NCBI GenBank assembly: GCA_964016885.1
Contig: OZ024761.1
Span: 2,418,001-2,482,000 of the forward strand
Reading direction: 5' to 3'
Origin: Eledone cirrhosa
Taxonomy: Eukaryota
Length of the DNA: 64,000 nucleotides
Shown here: positions 12,247 through 25,610 of the stretch, in pieces
Layout of the letters: each line of letters opens with the position of its first letter
How positions within the stretch are numbered: the stretch's first letter is position 1
The notes under the pieces: model-generated
The model's input: only the letters and a program-made list of their open reading frames with translations
Databases searched by the model: none
What the model was told of the DNA's origin: nothing
Translations under genes and position numbers: made by a program

Positions 12247-12465
12247 GAAGGCGTGTGGCTGAGTGGTTAGAGAATTGGATTCGCAATCGTAAGGTTGTGA
12301 GTTCGATTCCTGGACCAGGCGATGCGTTATGTCCTTGAGCAAGACACTTTATTTCACGTTGCTCCTTCTACCTGGAGCTGCGACCGATAGATAGTATTAG
12401 CAATTGGAAAGACCAACGGAAACATTGTTCCCTCGGTCCGATTTGACGAAAGTCGATCGTTCCTT
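12247..12465 (+). mobile_element. tRNA-derived SINE family B
   Basis: A box tggctgagtgg, B box gttcgattcc and a CORE-like ccttgagcaagacactt. Confidence 0.82.
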
Positions 12466-13489
12466 TATATAAGTATTGAGAATGTGCTCAAATGCTATAA
12501 AATTGCTGATAAAATAGGATGTAGACCCTTAAAAAACGGCCAATGCCAACTTCTTTCAAGGGTCTTCACCCTATTTTAATAGCATTTCTGCGCTTGAGCA
12601 CATTCCTTATATATAGAGAGAGAGTGGGGATCGACAGATGCATGAATATACGATAAATAAATAAATAGACGATAAATAAATATTCCGATAAATAAATATA
12701 AATCTCTCTATATATACATAGGTAGAGAGACAAAGATGGTTATGACTAGTTATATGCACAAACAAATAGATAGACATATATTTATGTAATGTTTCTTAAT
12801 ATTTTTCCAACCTGTTTTCTTTCACATGGTAATACTGTCTGAAATGTGGCAGGACAGCACCAAATCACAAGGAGCACTAAACATGATGCAGAGTGCCAGG
12901 ACTGAATTAGAAGAGCACCGTCTAATATCTATTATCCGAACATATCGGATAAACGGAGCTAGGGCTTGATTTTTGGCTGAATTGAGTAAATAATGTATAA
13001 TTGATAATAGATAGGTGAGAAAAGAAGGATCTGGGGTTTGGATATGACACGGTTTTTTTTTGGGGGGGGGGGGGGGGTCGGTGAAGTGTTAAGCGGAGGA
13101 AGGGGAGGCGAGAAATAGAAAGAAAGCGAGAGGGGGAGGATATTGTTAAATAGAAGCTATAGCAATATAAGAGAGAGTATAAGAATATATCTGGAGGAGG
13201 AGAAGGTATAGAAATATAGTAATATAAGAGAGAGAGAGAGCAAAAGAGATGGAATATATGTGGAGGATGAGGAGAAAAAGGTATTTCGATATAGTATTAA
13301 TATAGAAGGGATGAAAAAGTGAGAAAGAGAAGGAGGGGCAGACAGACAATGAGAAAGATATAAAGATAGCGACTGAGAGAGAGAGAGAGGAAGAGAGATA
13401 GAGAGAGAGAGAGAAAGAAAGAAGGATAGGGACAAAGCACGAGAGAGTGAGAAAGAAAGATAGATAGATAGAGAGAGCTTGTAATAATT

Positions 13490-13690
13490 CTTTCTAACAC
13501 TATCACAAAGCCAGCAATTGCAAGGAAGGGGGAAAGTCTATTACATCTATCCCCATGTATTTTACTGGTACTTCATCGACCCAAGATGGATGAAAGGGGG
13601 TGTTGACCTGGGATTTGAACTCAGAGAACGTAAACAGCCGTAAATATCGCAAAGTGTTTTGTCCGACGCTCTAACAGTTCTACTAACAAT
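13490..13690 (-). mobile_element. SINE family A, diverged
   Basis: actggtactt, ggatgaaagg and gatttgaactcag motifs. Confidence 0.7.
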
Positions 13691-13948
13691 CATTGTGTGA
13701 ATGGGAGAGTGTGCGTGTATGAGTGTGTGTATCTGTATGTGAGTATGTATGTGTTTGTGTGTATGTATATGTGAATGTGTGTGTGTGAGTAAGTGGGTGA
13801 GTGTTTGTGTGTGTGTGATTCAAAGGTCCAGACTTGCCACACATTGCGTTACGTTGAATCTCACTGAGGGATACGTTACGGAATACTCAATCAGTTGTCT
13901 GTGGAATACTCAACCACTTTTCTGTGGAATACTCAACCACTTGCATGT

Positions 13949-16900
13949 ATTATAAGAACAGATTTAATTTTATTCACAGTTGTATAAATACACTAGCAGA
14001 TTTACCCGGCGTTGCTCGGGGTTTGAAATTATGCTAAGAATATACAGATAGGAAGTAAAAGAAGAACATTATTTGTCGATAAAATAAAGTACCAGTAATG
14101 CACTGGGTAATTGCTGGCCTTGTGTCTAAAAGTAGAAACAATTATTTGTCCCCAACCTGTCAAAAGAAGCAGAAGTCTTCAATAATTAATGCAAACGAAT
14201 ATTTAGTGCAATCTTTGTACACACAAAACTATGCTGATAATGAAGGAAAACACTGAACAGGATGTAGTTATACAAATGATTAAAGACAATACACGTTGCA
14301 AATCTGTAAAAAAACAGGTAGTTTTGCTAAAGTACAAAAAGTTGTAATGAAAGCAGAGTTGTATACAAACAAAAAAACTATGAGAGTAGAATAAGAGAAA
14401 ATCTATTCTTTGAGAGCATCCTTTACTGTGTATGGTTAAATTTTTAACTTATAATCCAAAATATCCTGCATGACATATCCATTGGTATGTTTTGTAATTA
14501 GTAAGGTGAAGTGAAGGCAGAGCTGTAATAAGTTTTTTTTGTTAACACTAAAACACTTCAGGATAGACGATATTCTTTGTTTTTCTTTTCGGAACAAACA
14601 CAAAGAGATTATCTCGACTGCCAACTCATAAGCAGGCAACGTAGAATTGTCCGTGCGAAAAGCAAGGTTCATCCAAGTGAATTCCAGCGATGGACAGAGT
14701 TTGACCTTACGACTTGTTTATGGACATCGCAAAGGCAACACGAAGGGGAAATTGGGTTCGGCGAAAGGAGAAGGGAGTATCCACGCCTGATGTAGTCAGG
14801 CTAATTTTTGTTATTATCACATCCTCGCCTTTTCCACATCCGGATAGAATGGTAGCGTCAATACTAAGCGAAGACAGTTTTTTTAACCACAAGGCGTGTA
14901 CCATTGCATAGTTTTGGAGGAGTGATAATATCTCAGCAAAATAACTGGCGTTCCCTCTCACAGAACCAATGTATTAGGAGGTAAACCAGGAGGATTTAAA
15001 GAATTTAGAAATTCAACTGGATAATTGACCGCATCCTGTGGATCACATACAGTATCAATAGATTTATATATCCGTGGACATCCAGGAAGAAGCTGAAGAA
15101 GCTGATCGTTAATACAGCTAACCGTGATATTTTTGGGTGCAAGAATGGCTCTTTCGCATAGCCAATCAAGATTCGTATAGTTATCACGCAAGTTCGGGAA
15201 TACACTCGCCTTCAGATCATCGACAGTTTCAACTACATTGCAGATGTGATCAATTGCTATGTCTCCATCTGTATCCGGAAGTAGGTTACCATCTCCTATT
15301 GTAAGAATATCTCCAGAAAATGTTGATGACAGAGGGTCCCCATGCAACCTTGCACGCATGTTGGTAGTTAGTCTTAATGATGTCGCTTGTCGCCACAATG
15401 GCATGCATTTACCGCATCTGCTCTTGTTCCTTTTGGTATTATAGGAAGAGTCTGTCTGAAGTCTCCTGATAGCAGAAGGGTGACACCCCCCATAACATCA
15501 CTGCAATCCCGTATGTCTTGCAAAGACCTGTCCAGTGCCTCAAGAGCACCTTTGTGCACCATTGTGCACTCATCCCAAACAATAAGGTGACACCTTCGCA
15601 GCCCTTTCGGAGTCTTTGGTGATATGACAAGTAGGAGTTTCCAATTTTGCTAAATCAAGGGGTAATTTAAAAACTGAATGTGCCGTCCTTCCACCAGGGA
15701 GCAAAGTTGCTGCCTTTCATATTTTTGTACTGTCTCTGCAGATCTTGCTGCAGCAGTATCTGTAGCATCCATAGCAAGGCGTGTTTCACGTTGCTCTGTA
15801 GTCTCTGCAGCTCGTGCTGCAGCAGTTGCTTTAGCATTATTGGTTCGCCGCACTAACCGACGTTCAGCGGCGGACAAAGATGTTGCAATAACTGTACTCA
15901 CCGCATTTAGTGATTGTCTATTTTCGGTTATTGGCGGAGCGTCATTTACACGCATTGTTTTCTTCGACCGATAGCCAATATGTGCATACTTTCTTTTACG
16001 GGGGCATATTTGGTGAAAAGGTTATCTCCCTTTTTTATAAGGATTGTCAATAAAGTTTGTTATCTCCCTTACATCAATTTTTCTACCGATAATTTTGATA
16101 TCGATTTTTTATTGCTCAACGTGGGTCGATTTGAAAAATGTTTGTGATGTGACAATCCTAGCGACCTGTGCAACGTGCGCAGAAAATTTGGTCAAATTCA
16201 GTTGGTAATTGTGAAAGCCTTATGCATGCCAAGTTGTACACAGACACACACACATCCTCGCTTTTATATATATAAAGATTACAAATCGTTTGCAATTCTT
16301 TCAGAATGAAAATATAAACAGCATATAAATAAATTTACTGTAGAATAACATTACAAATATGTTTTAAATATATACATAAATAACATTACAGATGCTTAGA
16401 CAACATTATAAATTTCTCGATATTCTGTCAGAAAGATATATTCTTTTAATGTTACAATATTAAAGAAAATGTAAAGGAAGAGGTGAACAACCGAGCCAAC
16501 ACCAGAGCAAAAGACAGCAACGTCGCGAGGAGTACTGGGAAACCTCTCTAATGATTTTTGAGGCAAGCCAGCACACTCGCAACGTTGCCTCGGGTGATGG
16601 CGAGGCTGGTGCGCTGGAACTCCCAAGCGCCCTCGCAAGATTCGCCAGTTACCTCTATTAGGCGAGCCGCCAGTGAAGAGATGAACCTCGCAGTCAGCGG
16701 CCCGACTCCCCCAAACGTCTCGAAAGCCACAGGCTGAAAAATATAGCTGGCCGACAGATCAGAGTATTTGAGGATCTTACTCCGCTCGGCTGCAGAAGCT
16801 GTGGCTCTCGTCCTAGCCGCAGTATCCAGGATGTGGGAAAGAGTAAAAGAGTCACTAACAGTGATGTCCTAGACAAGGCACCTGCCTCTCAACCAGGGTC

Positions 16901-18097
16901 ACAGGGTAAGACCGTCAGGTGTTTTGCTGTCACTTCTCGACAACCCAAATGGTTCCAAGACTGAGGGGATATTCGCCCGGACCAAAGCTCTCTTCAGAAT
17001 GAGGTCTAGCTCCATGTGACGCGCAAAGTGGCCGGCATTCAGGCGGCAAGAAAGACCGTGGAGTCGAGGAGTTTGCCGCATCGGCACCTCAAACCCATGC
17101 AGACGTCAGCTCCCACTCTGAGGGCGATGGAGACACGAAGTTCGTCCAGGCTGAGTAGGCCACCAACGTTGGCCACGGGTAGGGCATCAACCAAGTCGCC
17201 TGAGTATTTGACGCTGGCAGATAGTAAGCGGCATCTTGCAAACTGATCTGTTTGGACGAAGAGGGAGTCGAAGTGGCCTTCGAACTTATGACCTCTACCT
17301 TCTCAGGAAGAGACAAACCCAACTCACTTCATTGCTGGAGAGCTTCACCCAACTCCCTGTTGGAGCTAGTCCATGTTGGAGATGAGAGGATGCTGCTCAC
17401 CAGGGTGGAGCAAGCGTGGTTGGAGGAAAGGAAGCAGGGGAGAGAGAGGGACGAACACTTACGAAGACCAAGACCCACAAATCGCTTGGGCAACGCAGCC
17501 TGATCGCGGGACTCCGGAGAGAGTCTAACATTGACCAGGCACTCGAGTCTCTCGAAGATTAGGTCGTCGAAGCGTTGGAGGCAGGACGGAAATCTGTGAG
17601 AGAGGCTGACCCTGAGCAGATACGGAATCTTAGGAGTAGACAGGTAGTGCCTGAGTATGAAGAAACCTTGATGGGGTTCGATAACTTCGATATTCCTCAG
17701 CAGCTGCTCAGGGCCAACCATCTTCGATTGGAAGATTGACTCGAAGGTCAGATCTGTGATTGGGGCTCCTAAGGAGCACCAAGCCGACGGGGGAGGGACC
17801 ACAACGGAAGGGAAGGAATCTGCAAACAGGTCGATTAGCTGTTGGTGTTGAGAAGCCGGTTGGTTGAGGATCCAGAGCTCACATTTGGAGCTATTGACCT
17901 GGAGACCCCGGCGGCCAAGCTCCTCAACCATCTTGTTGGCAGTGGTGAGAACCATATCCGGCGTTCCCCCCAAAAGGCGTCGTCGAGGTACCAGACATTG
18001 AGGTCCAACTCAACCCCCATCTTGGTGACGTCATCAATACCCAGTGCAAACAGAGCGGGTCAGAGTGGGTCACCCTGTTGGACTCCTGAGGTGATTT
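13949..18097 (-). mobile_element. 5'-truncated CRE-clade non-LTR retrotransposon (RT plus restriction-like endonuclease), degenerate; Helitron nested in its 3' UTR
   Basis: RT motifs GVQQGDPL and WYLDD (18085-17975). C-terminal HGLSC...ARH...LEP...[11 protein letters not shown] and FQPVAFETFG...SLAITRGN (17090-16570). Flanked by the 10-bp direct repeat acttgcatgt (13939-13948 and 18098-18107). Confidence 0.8.
13993..16278 (-). mobile_element. Internally deleted Helitron with PIF1 helicase remnant
   Basis: 5' end A|TCTTTATATATATAAAA; 3' hairpin cccgagcaacgccggg followed by CTAG|T. PIF1 motifs WDECTM, GDFRQTLP, AILAPKN, EFLNSLNPPGLP, FAMSINKS and GQLYVA carry frameshifts; no Rep domain seen. 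Confidence 0.9.
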
Positions 18098-19022
18098 ACT
18101 TGCATGTTAATTATTCACGAGCAGGCTGTTCCTTTGTTCGACTAACTGGAACACTCAACGTCGAAAGCGACGGAGCTCCAACAATACTTTATACATGTAA
18201 TGATCCAAGGGAAATAACTCAAAATGACCAACGATATAAATAAAATTCTAGATATCCCAAACAGAGAAAACAACTGTATCCAGAGTCTATTGCTATAAAT
18301 AATAGCTCATAACATCGGGTAAATGTGGCCAACACTTGCTGGTCACTTTTCCTCATCTATAGACAGAGGTAGTGGAACTGGGGGGGGGGGGGGGGTATTT
18401 TACTAGATTTTCTAAGCTATTATTTATAGCAATTGACTCGTCACATATATTTTTTGAATTTGTGATTTCTATATTTTCTAGAAATTTCAATCTACTCAAC
18501 GTTCCAATGGTTTATTTTCCAAATGTTTTTTTTATTTCTATACATCCAAATTTTTCGTTTAACTTTACAACAGAAGTTGTTAGCTCAGCTGGAATTTGAG
18601 AGAGTTCGATTTTTCGTAGTGGTTCCTGTTCACTTTGTACCGCCTATAAGGGCTATTTCACTCGATTTTCTGAGCTAGTATTTACAGCAATTGACTGATG
18701 TTACAGTAATTGGGATTCATACATTTTCTAAAAATGTCAAATTTACCCAACACTCCGTTTATTTTCGACAGATAAATAAGTCGAGAGACGATGTTCTGAG
18801 TGTGGGGTCGGGCACAAAAATATCTCAATAAAATTTGTCCTCTTAGTATCAAAAAGAAAATGAAAACCTTGCGGTAATTGTGGGCAGCTTTCGAAGAATT
18901 TTAAGAATGTTTTTTACTCATGTTTTAAATGGTTAAAATGACTCTTCAAAAATGTGATTGCTAATTCCGAATGACGAAAATATATTATATATTAATTAAG
19001 AAATTACATATCAATTAATAAA

Positions 19023-19107
<85 letters not shown>
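19023..19107. repeat. (GA)n microsatellite
   Basis: Seen directly. Confidence 0.97.
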
Positions 19108-19108
<1 letters not shown>

Positions 19109-19884
19109 TGACACACTTCCAGTATATGACTAGTACTTTATTTATCAACCTCGAATGAATAACTTAGCAAAGCTGCCCCAATATAAAATGTCAGATAATT
19201 CGTCTGAGTTCCCAGAGTCTCATTAGTGGTCAATATAAAAACCTCTCCAGTCAACTACAACATCTGTTGCTAACCAACTCTAACATCAAATTATTTCCAG
19301 CATTTTCTTTAAAAAGTTCTAAGAAATATTTAAACGAAATAATAACAGTAATAATATCAATAAATACGACTCAAGGTAAGTTTAAAAGAAATTCTAATAT
19401 TATATTCCCCCCCCCCCCCCGAGTTTTTTTGTTTTATTTTATTTTTTTTTACGAAACTGCAAAATTTATTAAAATTTGTCAGATTTAACAGAAATGATGG
19501 GAAAATGAGACAAAACTAAAAAAGAAAGAGTTTATGAGGAAACTAATGATGGATTGAGATGCAGAAGGTTAGCAACGAATTAGCGACATCGTTACAGCGG
19601 ATTCTAGGTTCAAATCCCACCGATGACAACATTACACCTAAATGTTAAAGTTGTTTGACCTATAACGGCGGCGAAGATTCAAAACCGAATCTGAGCTTTC
19701 CTGCCTCTGGGACAAGCCGTGGTAAGTTGTTTACGCTCAAGAGACTAACCCCTTGGGAGAGGCTAAACATAGGTCAGAGGTGTTTACGCCTGACAGAAAA
19801 TAGGTCAGAGGATATATCCATCTTTCTGAGTTGTTTACTCTTGTTCGATGTCTCCGGAGATTATGAATGAGGTTCGAGACCTCA

Positions 19885-20945
19885 TTTTAGCACCACCCGG
19901 CTCGACACATTTAAAAGAATATTAGTTAAGCGGACGTCAGAGTTGCAGCAGAAGCGTTTGCACCAGCTCCTCATATCGGAGGAATTAGGAGATAAAAAGC
20001 CGACACAACTCCTACGGCGAATGAAGCAGCTCCTGGGAGAACATAAACTCCCGGATGAAATTTTCAAGCAACTCTTCCTCCAGCGTTTGCCTTCTGCCAA
20101 ACAAGTTGTACTAGCGTCCACCAGGGAGTCCACCAACATAGAAGAACTCGCCGAGCTGGCAGATAAGATTATGGAGGTACCACATCCGCACTCAACTTTA
20201 GCGAATGTGACACCAGCCGTGCCTTCCACCAATCCTTTCCTTCAGCCCTCCAGTGCCACAGAGATGCCCGATCTACACCAGTTACTGGCACAGCAAGCAA
20301 CACAGATACAGGCCTTGACACAACAAATTCAGGCCTTGTCACTGGATAACCCTGCCACGCGTCGGTCCAACAGTCGAACTCGCCGATTTGGTGGTCGCTC
20401 AAGAAGTCCGAGCGCATCTCGGGATTCACCAGAAATGTGTTGGTACCACTAAAGATTCGGGAGACGAGCGCAAAAGTGCAGTCATCCCTGTTCATTTGTC
20501 GAATCAGGGAAACGACACAGCCAGAAACTGAATGCGACGGACGTTTCTGGCCCTCATAACCAAAGTCGCCTATTTTTCATCCAGGATCACGTCACAGGCA
20601 TGCGTTTCCTGGTTGACACCGGTGCTGAAGTCAGCATCATCCCTGTTTCCTGCGTTCCTGGAAAAAGGAGAGAGACACCAGCCTGGCTCCAGGCGGTGAA
20701 TCACTCACATATTCCGACCTACGGAGAACAGTCCCTGACACTAAATTTGGGACTACGCCACACTTTCCAGTGGGTATTCGTTGTGGCTAAGCTGCCGACC
20801 CCTATTTCAGGAGCTGATTTTCTTCAGCACTTCTCGCTGCTAGTGGATCTGAAAAACCAACGACTCGTTGACAACCCCGCTGGTCTCGCTGTGCGCAGCA
20901 TAGCCGCTAGGACAGCCACAGTCAGTCCAGTCATTTCACGATCGT
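19885..20945 (+). mobile_element. Ty3/Gypsy LTR retrotransposon fragment (gag plus aspartic protease), no RT or LTR seen
   Basis: gag ELGDKKPTQLLRRMKQLLG...FLQRLP...LAELADKI...CWYH*RFG..A.KC..PC, then the slippery heptamer GGGAAAC (20507-20513), then protease FLVDTGAEVSIIP...GADFL. Confidence 0.9.
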
Positions 20946-21147
20946 AAAAGAGGATAGAAAGAAGAGGTATAAAGAGGTGCGATACTGAGTATTACATGTC
21001 AAAAGTGGGTGCCTAAGTGCTCGATGCTTGGGTTATCAGGGTTAAATATTAGAGGAGTTAATATTTAGTGTACAAGAATAAGCAGAGCGGTGATAGGCAA
21101 AATAATTAATGAAAGAGTTACAAGTCGTTAAAACATATCGTTATATA

Positions 21148-24100
21148 TCATCATCATCGTTTAACATCCATCTTCCACGCTAGCATGGGTTATCAGGACT
21201 ATCTGGCAGATTTTCTATGGCCGGATGCCCTTCCTAACACCAACGACATTTACAATGTGGAACTGGGAACTTTTTACCGTGTTACCTACACGGCCACATT
21301 ACAGCGTGGACTGTGTTTTTTGTCGTGACACCTACACGATATCAATCTCGATCTCATTTTCTCATTTATTAGGACTGGATGTGGTAGTACCAACTTTACA
21401 GAGAGAGGGTGGTGTTGGTGGGAGTGGGAGGATAGGGCAGCGGTAGTGGATTGGGGTGTATTTTGGTAAGAGGTGCCTACTGACTGTAGGTTTCGCTTTG
21501 TACATAAGCAAAGCGGGTCTTCTGTATTACTGTGTGGCGACAAAGATCTCAGTCCAGTGACATTGTCTTAGAGAGGTGCAAGTGTGTAAGGTTGGAATCT
21601 ATCAAATCGTCCCAGGTTTTTCTGGGACTACCTACACCGTAACTTCCATCAATTTTGGTTGCCATGCACTTTTTTATACAGCTGTTGTCTTTCATGCGCA
21701 TCACGTGACCATACCAACGTAGTCTTCTCTCAAGTAAACAGCATCTGATCCCTCTTATTCCTAATTTCTCACTTAGTTCATTTATGTTTTGCCATTCATG
21801 TATATTACTATTACACATCCAATGGAGCATGCATGCTTCGTTCCTTTCCAGTCTGTGCAGGTCCTCTGCACACAATGCCCATGTCTCACTGTAGCATTGC
21901 TGTTCGTATACAGGCATCATACAACCTGCCTTTCATTTTTAGAGAGAAACCTTTTGTGACCAACAGCGGTTTAAGCTCTCTGAACTTTTTCCATCCTGTT
22001 CTGACTCTGGCTACTGTACTTTCAGAGCACCCACCACCATTGCTATTTTGTCACCCAGGTAACGGAAAGTGTCCTCTATTTCTATAGAACCATCTGGCCA
22101 ATAGAAGGAGCTAGTATCCTGTGGGCACTTGTTACTTATTGCACCTGAGCATCGGCCACATATAAAATCTACGTTCTTAGATAGTTTACCTGTGATCCCA
22201 CTACATCTTTTATGTACCCATAGTCTGCATTTGGGACATAAAATGGAAATTCTGCCTACTCCTTTCCTACCCACTGAGCATGGCCATTTCCCTGAGGGCA
22301 GCTGTGCTCTATTTTCCTTTCTACAAACTAGAACTTTAGTCTTAGACAAGTTAACTTTAAGGCCTTTTGATTCTAGGCCATGCTTCCATGTTTGGAATTT
22401 CTTTTCTAGTTCAGCCATAGATTCAGCTATGAGAGTTAGATCATCTGCAGATAGGAGATCCCATGGGCAGCTAGTCTTAAACTCCTCTGTTATAGCCTGA
22501 AGGGCAATAATAAATAGGAGGGGGCTTCTAACCTTACTGACTGTTTCTTTATACATGGTTTGTATAGCTCTCACAAGCCATTCACCTACACCTAGGTTTC
22601 TAAGAGCCCACCAGATAATGGAGCAGGGGACTCTGTCAAAGGCTTTCTCCAGGTCTACAAAAGCTAAGTAGAGGGGTTTACTTTTAGCTAGGTACTTCTG
22701 TAGTTGTCGTACAAGGAAAAGAGCGTCTGTGGTACTTTTACCTGACACAAGCACAAACTGCATTTCATCTAGATCAATTCGCTCTCTGATTAGTTGCGCT
22801 ATTACTCTTTCTGTGATCTTCATGACCTGGTCAACTAACTTAATGCCTCTATAGTTTCCCCTATCTAGAGCATCCGCTTTACCCTTGTAGCAGTTAATGA
22901 TGATGCTGCTACGCCAGTCTTTTGGTAGACCCCATTCTGTATTACTTAGTTAACTATACGGGTGACTATAATATGTGCACCATTCCAGACTTTCAACATC
23001 TTAGCAACTATCTCCGAAGGCCCAGCTGCCTTCCCTGTCTTCATATCTTTGATTGCCTTACTTATTATACTACCTTTAACTTGCACCGCTGGTCCTTCTA
23101 TTGGATCGATTTGGGGCAGACTATCTTTTTCCCATTTATTCTCCTCATTTAATAGTCTCTCATAGTGACACTTCCAGGCTATCTTCTTATCAGTATCAGT
23201 GAGCGCAAGTACACCGTTATCATTACGGACACACTTCTCCCCGACAATATCACGGTTTTCCTTGACACATTGTCTAGCAATCCTGAACACCTCACGTTTT
23301 TGGTCCTTGCGTTGTAGAACATGCTTGAACTTTCTATCCTCTGTGTCCCTTTTTGCAAGGTACACTTGTCTCCTAGCTTCTCTCCTGGTCACTTGATAGT
23401 GTTCTCTACTTCCCCCATCCTACCATGCTTTCCAAGCCTGCTTTTTGGCCTTGATTGACTCCTCCACCTTACTGTTCCACCACCAAGTTACTCTCCTCTT
23501 GCCAATAGGTCTGCTCCAGCCATAGCTTTCATCCGTCGCTTTCAGCAGGTTAGCTTTCAAGAATTCCCACTGTTCCTCTATATTGTACGTCTCTAATTGT
23601 TCTTCCTTATTATCAAAGGCATCAAGTAATAAGCTTTTAAATTTGTCACTGGCTATGGGGTCCTTCAACTTCCATATTCTTCTCCTCAAGGTAGTCCTCC
23701 TCTGCCATCGAGTGCGTCTATTCCTGACTGTGAGGTCACTAACTACTAGGCTATGTTGGGAGGTATTCCCCTGATCTATAGGTGATCAAATGATTTTCTC
23801 GTTTTTTTTAAGTTTGTGTTACAGATAGTTAGGTTATTAGCATCACAGAATTCCAGGATTCTGAAGCCTTCCTCATTTCTAGTACCAAACCCATAGCCTC
23901 CATGGATTCCATCATAGCCATCACTATGTTGTCCAACGTGACCATTAAGGTTACCAGCAATAATTAAGTAGTCGCTGTCGGTTATTTGGGAGGTAGTGTG
24001 CATTAGCGACTCATAGAACCTGTCCTTTATAACGTCAGGTAGACCAGATTGGGGTGCATGAGTGGATATTATTGTCACAGTAGTTCTATTTAGAACTAGT

Positions 24101-24200
24101 CTTATTTTAATTATTCTGTCATTTACTCTATTTACGTCAATTACCTTATCTACCCATTTTTCTGCTAACATAATTCCTACTCCACTCAGTCCGTTGTCAT
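21148..24200 (-). mobile_element. RTE-clade LINE, degenerate (APE endonuclease, RT, 3' UTR, GAT tail)
   Basis: GVGIMLAEKW...NDRII...GNLNGHVG (APE); NYRGIKL, AFVDLEKAFDRVP and ADDL (RT); RLRWYGHVMRM...GSPRKTW (RTE C-terminus). Many stops and frameshifts. Confidence 0.92.
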
Positions 24201-25610
24201 TTATATATATATATATATAAATATATATATAGATTATATATATATATACTACAATAATAATTGTTAATAGTGAGGACAACAATACCACACAAAATACAAC
24301 AGCAACAACAACAATAATAATAACAATAATAATAGTGATAATAATAATAGTTGTTTGTGTTTTATGGGGATAAAAATGAACAAAAAAGACAACAGAAATA
24401 TCTGGAAAATTATGGGGCAGATGTTTTAATGGTTGAAATATAAATATATCTTGGAATGAGGTATTGTTCTGGTAGTGTGGAGCAGAGCAGCTGACCACAC
24501 ACACACACACACATACTGCATACATACAAACACACATGCACACACAATGTGTGTGCATGTGTGTATATATATAGAGAGAGAGATACATACATATGCACAC
24601 ACACACACACACACACATATATACAAGCCAAAGCTGAAGCATATAGACAATATTCCCCCACCCCCTCCCAGTGTAAAGTGGCCGTGTAGGCACCACAGTA
24701 ACAAAGCACTCAGTATTCACTGTAAATGAGGTTGCTGTTAGGAAGGGCATCCAGCTGTAGAAAGCAAGTCAAAATCAGTTCCTGTGTGAGCAAGACAAGG
24801 TCACCCGACCTGGCATTGCCCACAACAGGACAACCCGTCTATTCCATGCTAGCGTGGAATAATGGATGTAAAATGGTGATGATGATGATGATGATGACGA
24901 TATATATATACAATATTTAAAATAGAAATGGCTTCTACAGGACTAGAACTGTTTCATTTGAAGGCAATCAGGGCTTTCCCAGTGATTTCCTTCGAATGAA
25001 ACAGTTTTAGTCCTGTAGAAGCCATTTCTATATTAAATATTGTATATAATCTATTATGTATTGAGTACCTTATTTACTGTGGTTACCCCCGATTGAACGC
25101 GGAATACATATATATATCATCATCATCATCATCATTTTACGTTCACTTTCCCCTGCTTGCAAGGGTTGGATGGGTCCTATTCAGCATATATATCCTAAAC
25201 AGACGGTAGTCCGTTTAGTAATATTGTTGTGGTCGTGTTTTCGTTGGCAATCGTCTGTTTACGACAGTACAGCGCGGCTCTACTTTATTTAACTGAGATA
25301 AAACTTATATCAGCATGAACAGTAGATCATTACGCATCTTTTGGCTTAAAAATCTAGAAATTTGGTCCAGCAGGAAAAAGTTTATAATCAAAGTTTGCTG
25401 ATAAATCTTGTGTTCAATTGAGTGAGTAGTAAGCGTGACGCTAGGGGAGGTAATCCAGAAATGACATAGCTTTGTCATTAAGCCAGTTGCCTCAACTAGA
25501 TTGCAATTATACTCAAAAGAACTTTAAAATGTCAATCACTTGTCAGTAATTCACTATGATCATTTAATTATTAGATAGTTGTTGCTTGCATTGCCTTAAA
25601 AAATAGTAGA

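Noticed and set aside
12247-12325. tRNA gene
   Set aside because: The A and B boxes run on into a SINE body found several times in the window; no convincing cloverleaf or terminator.
14577-15700. Host PIF1 helicase gene
   Set aside because: It is intronless, frameshifted and enclosed by Helitron TC and CTAG ends.
18245-18700. Degenerate inverted and direct repeats (gctattatttatagcaattgact)
   Set aside because: Probably an old DNA-transposon remnant, too decayed to set boundaries.
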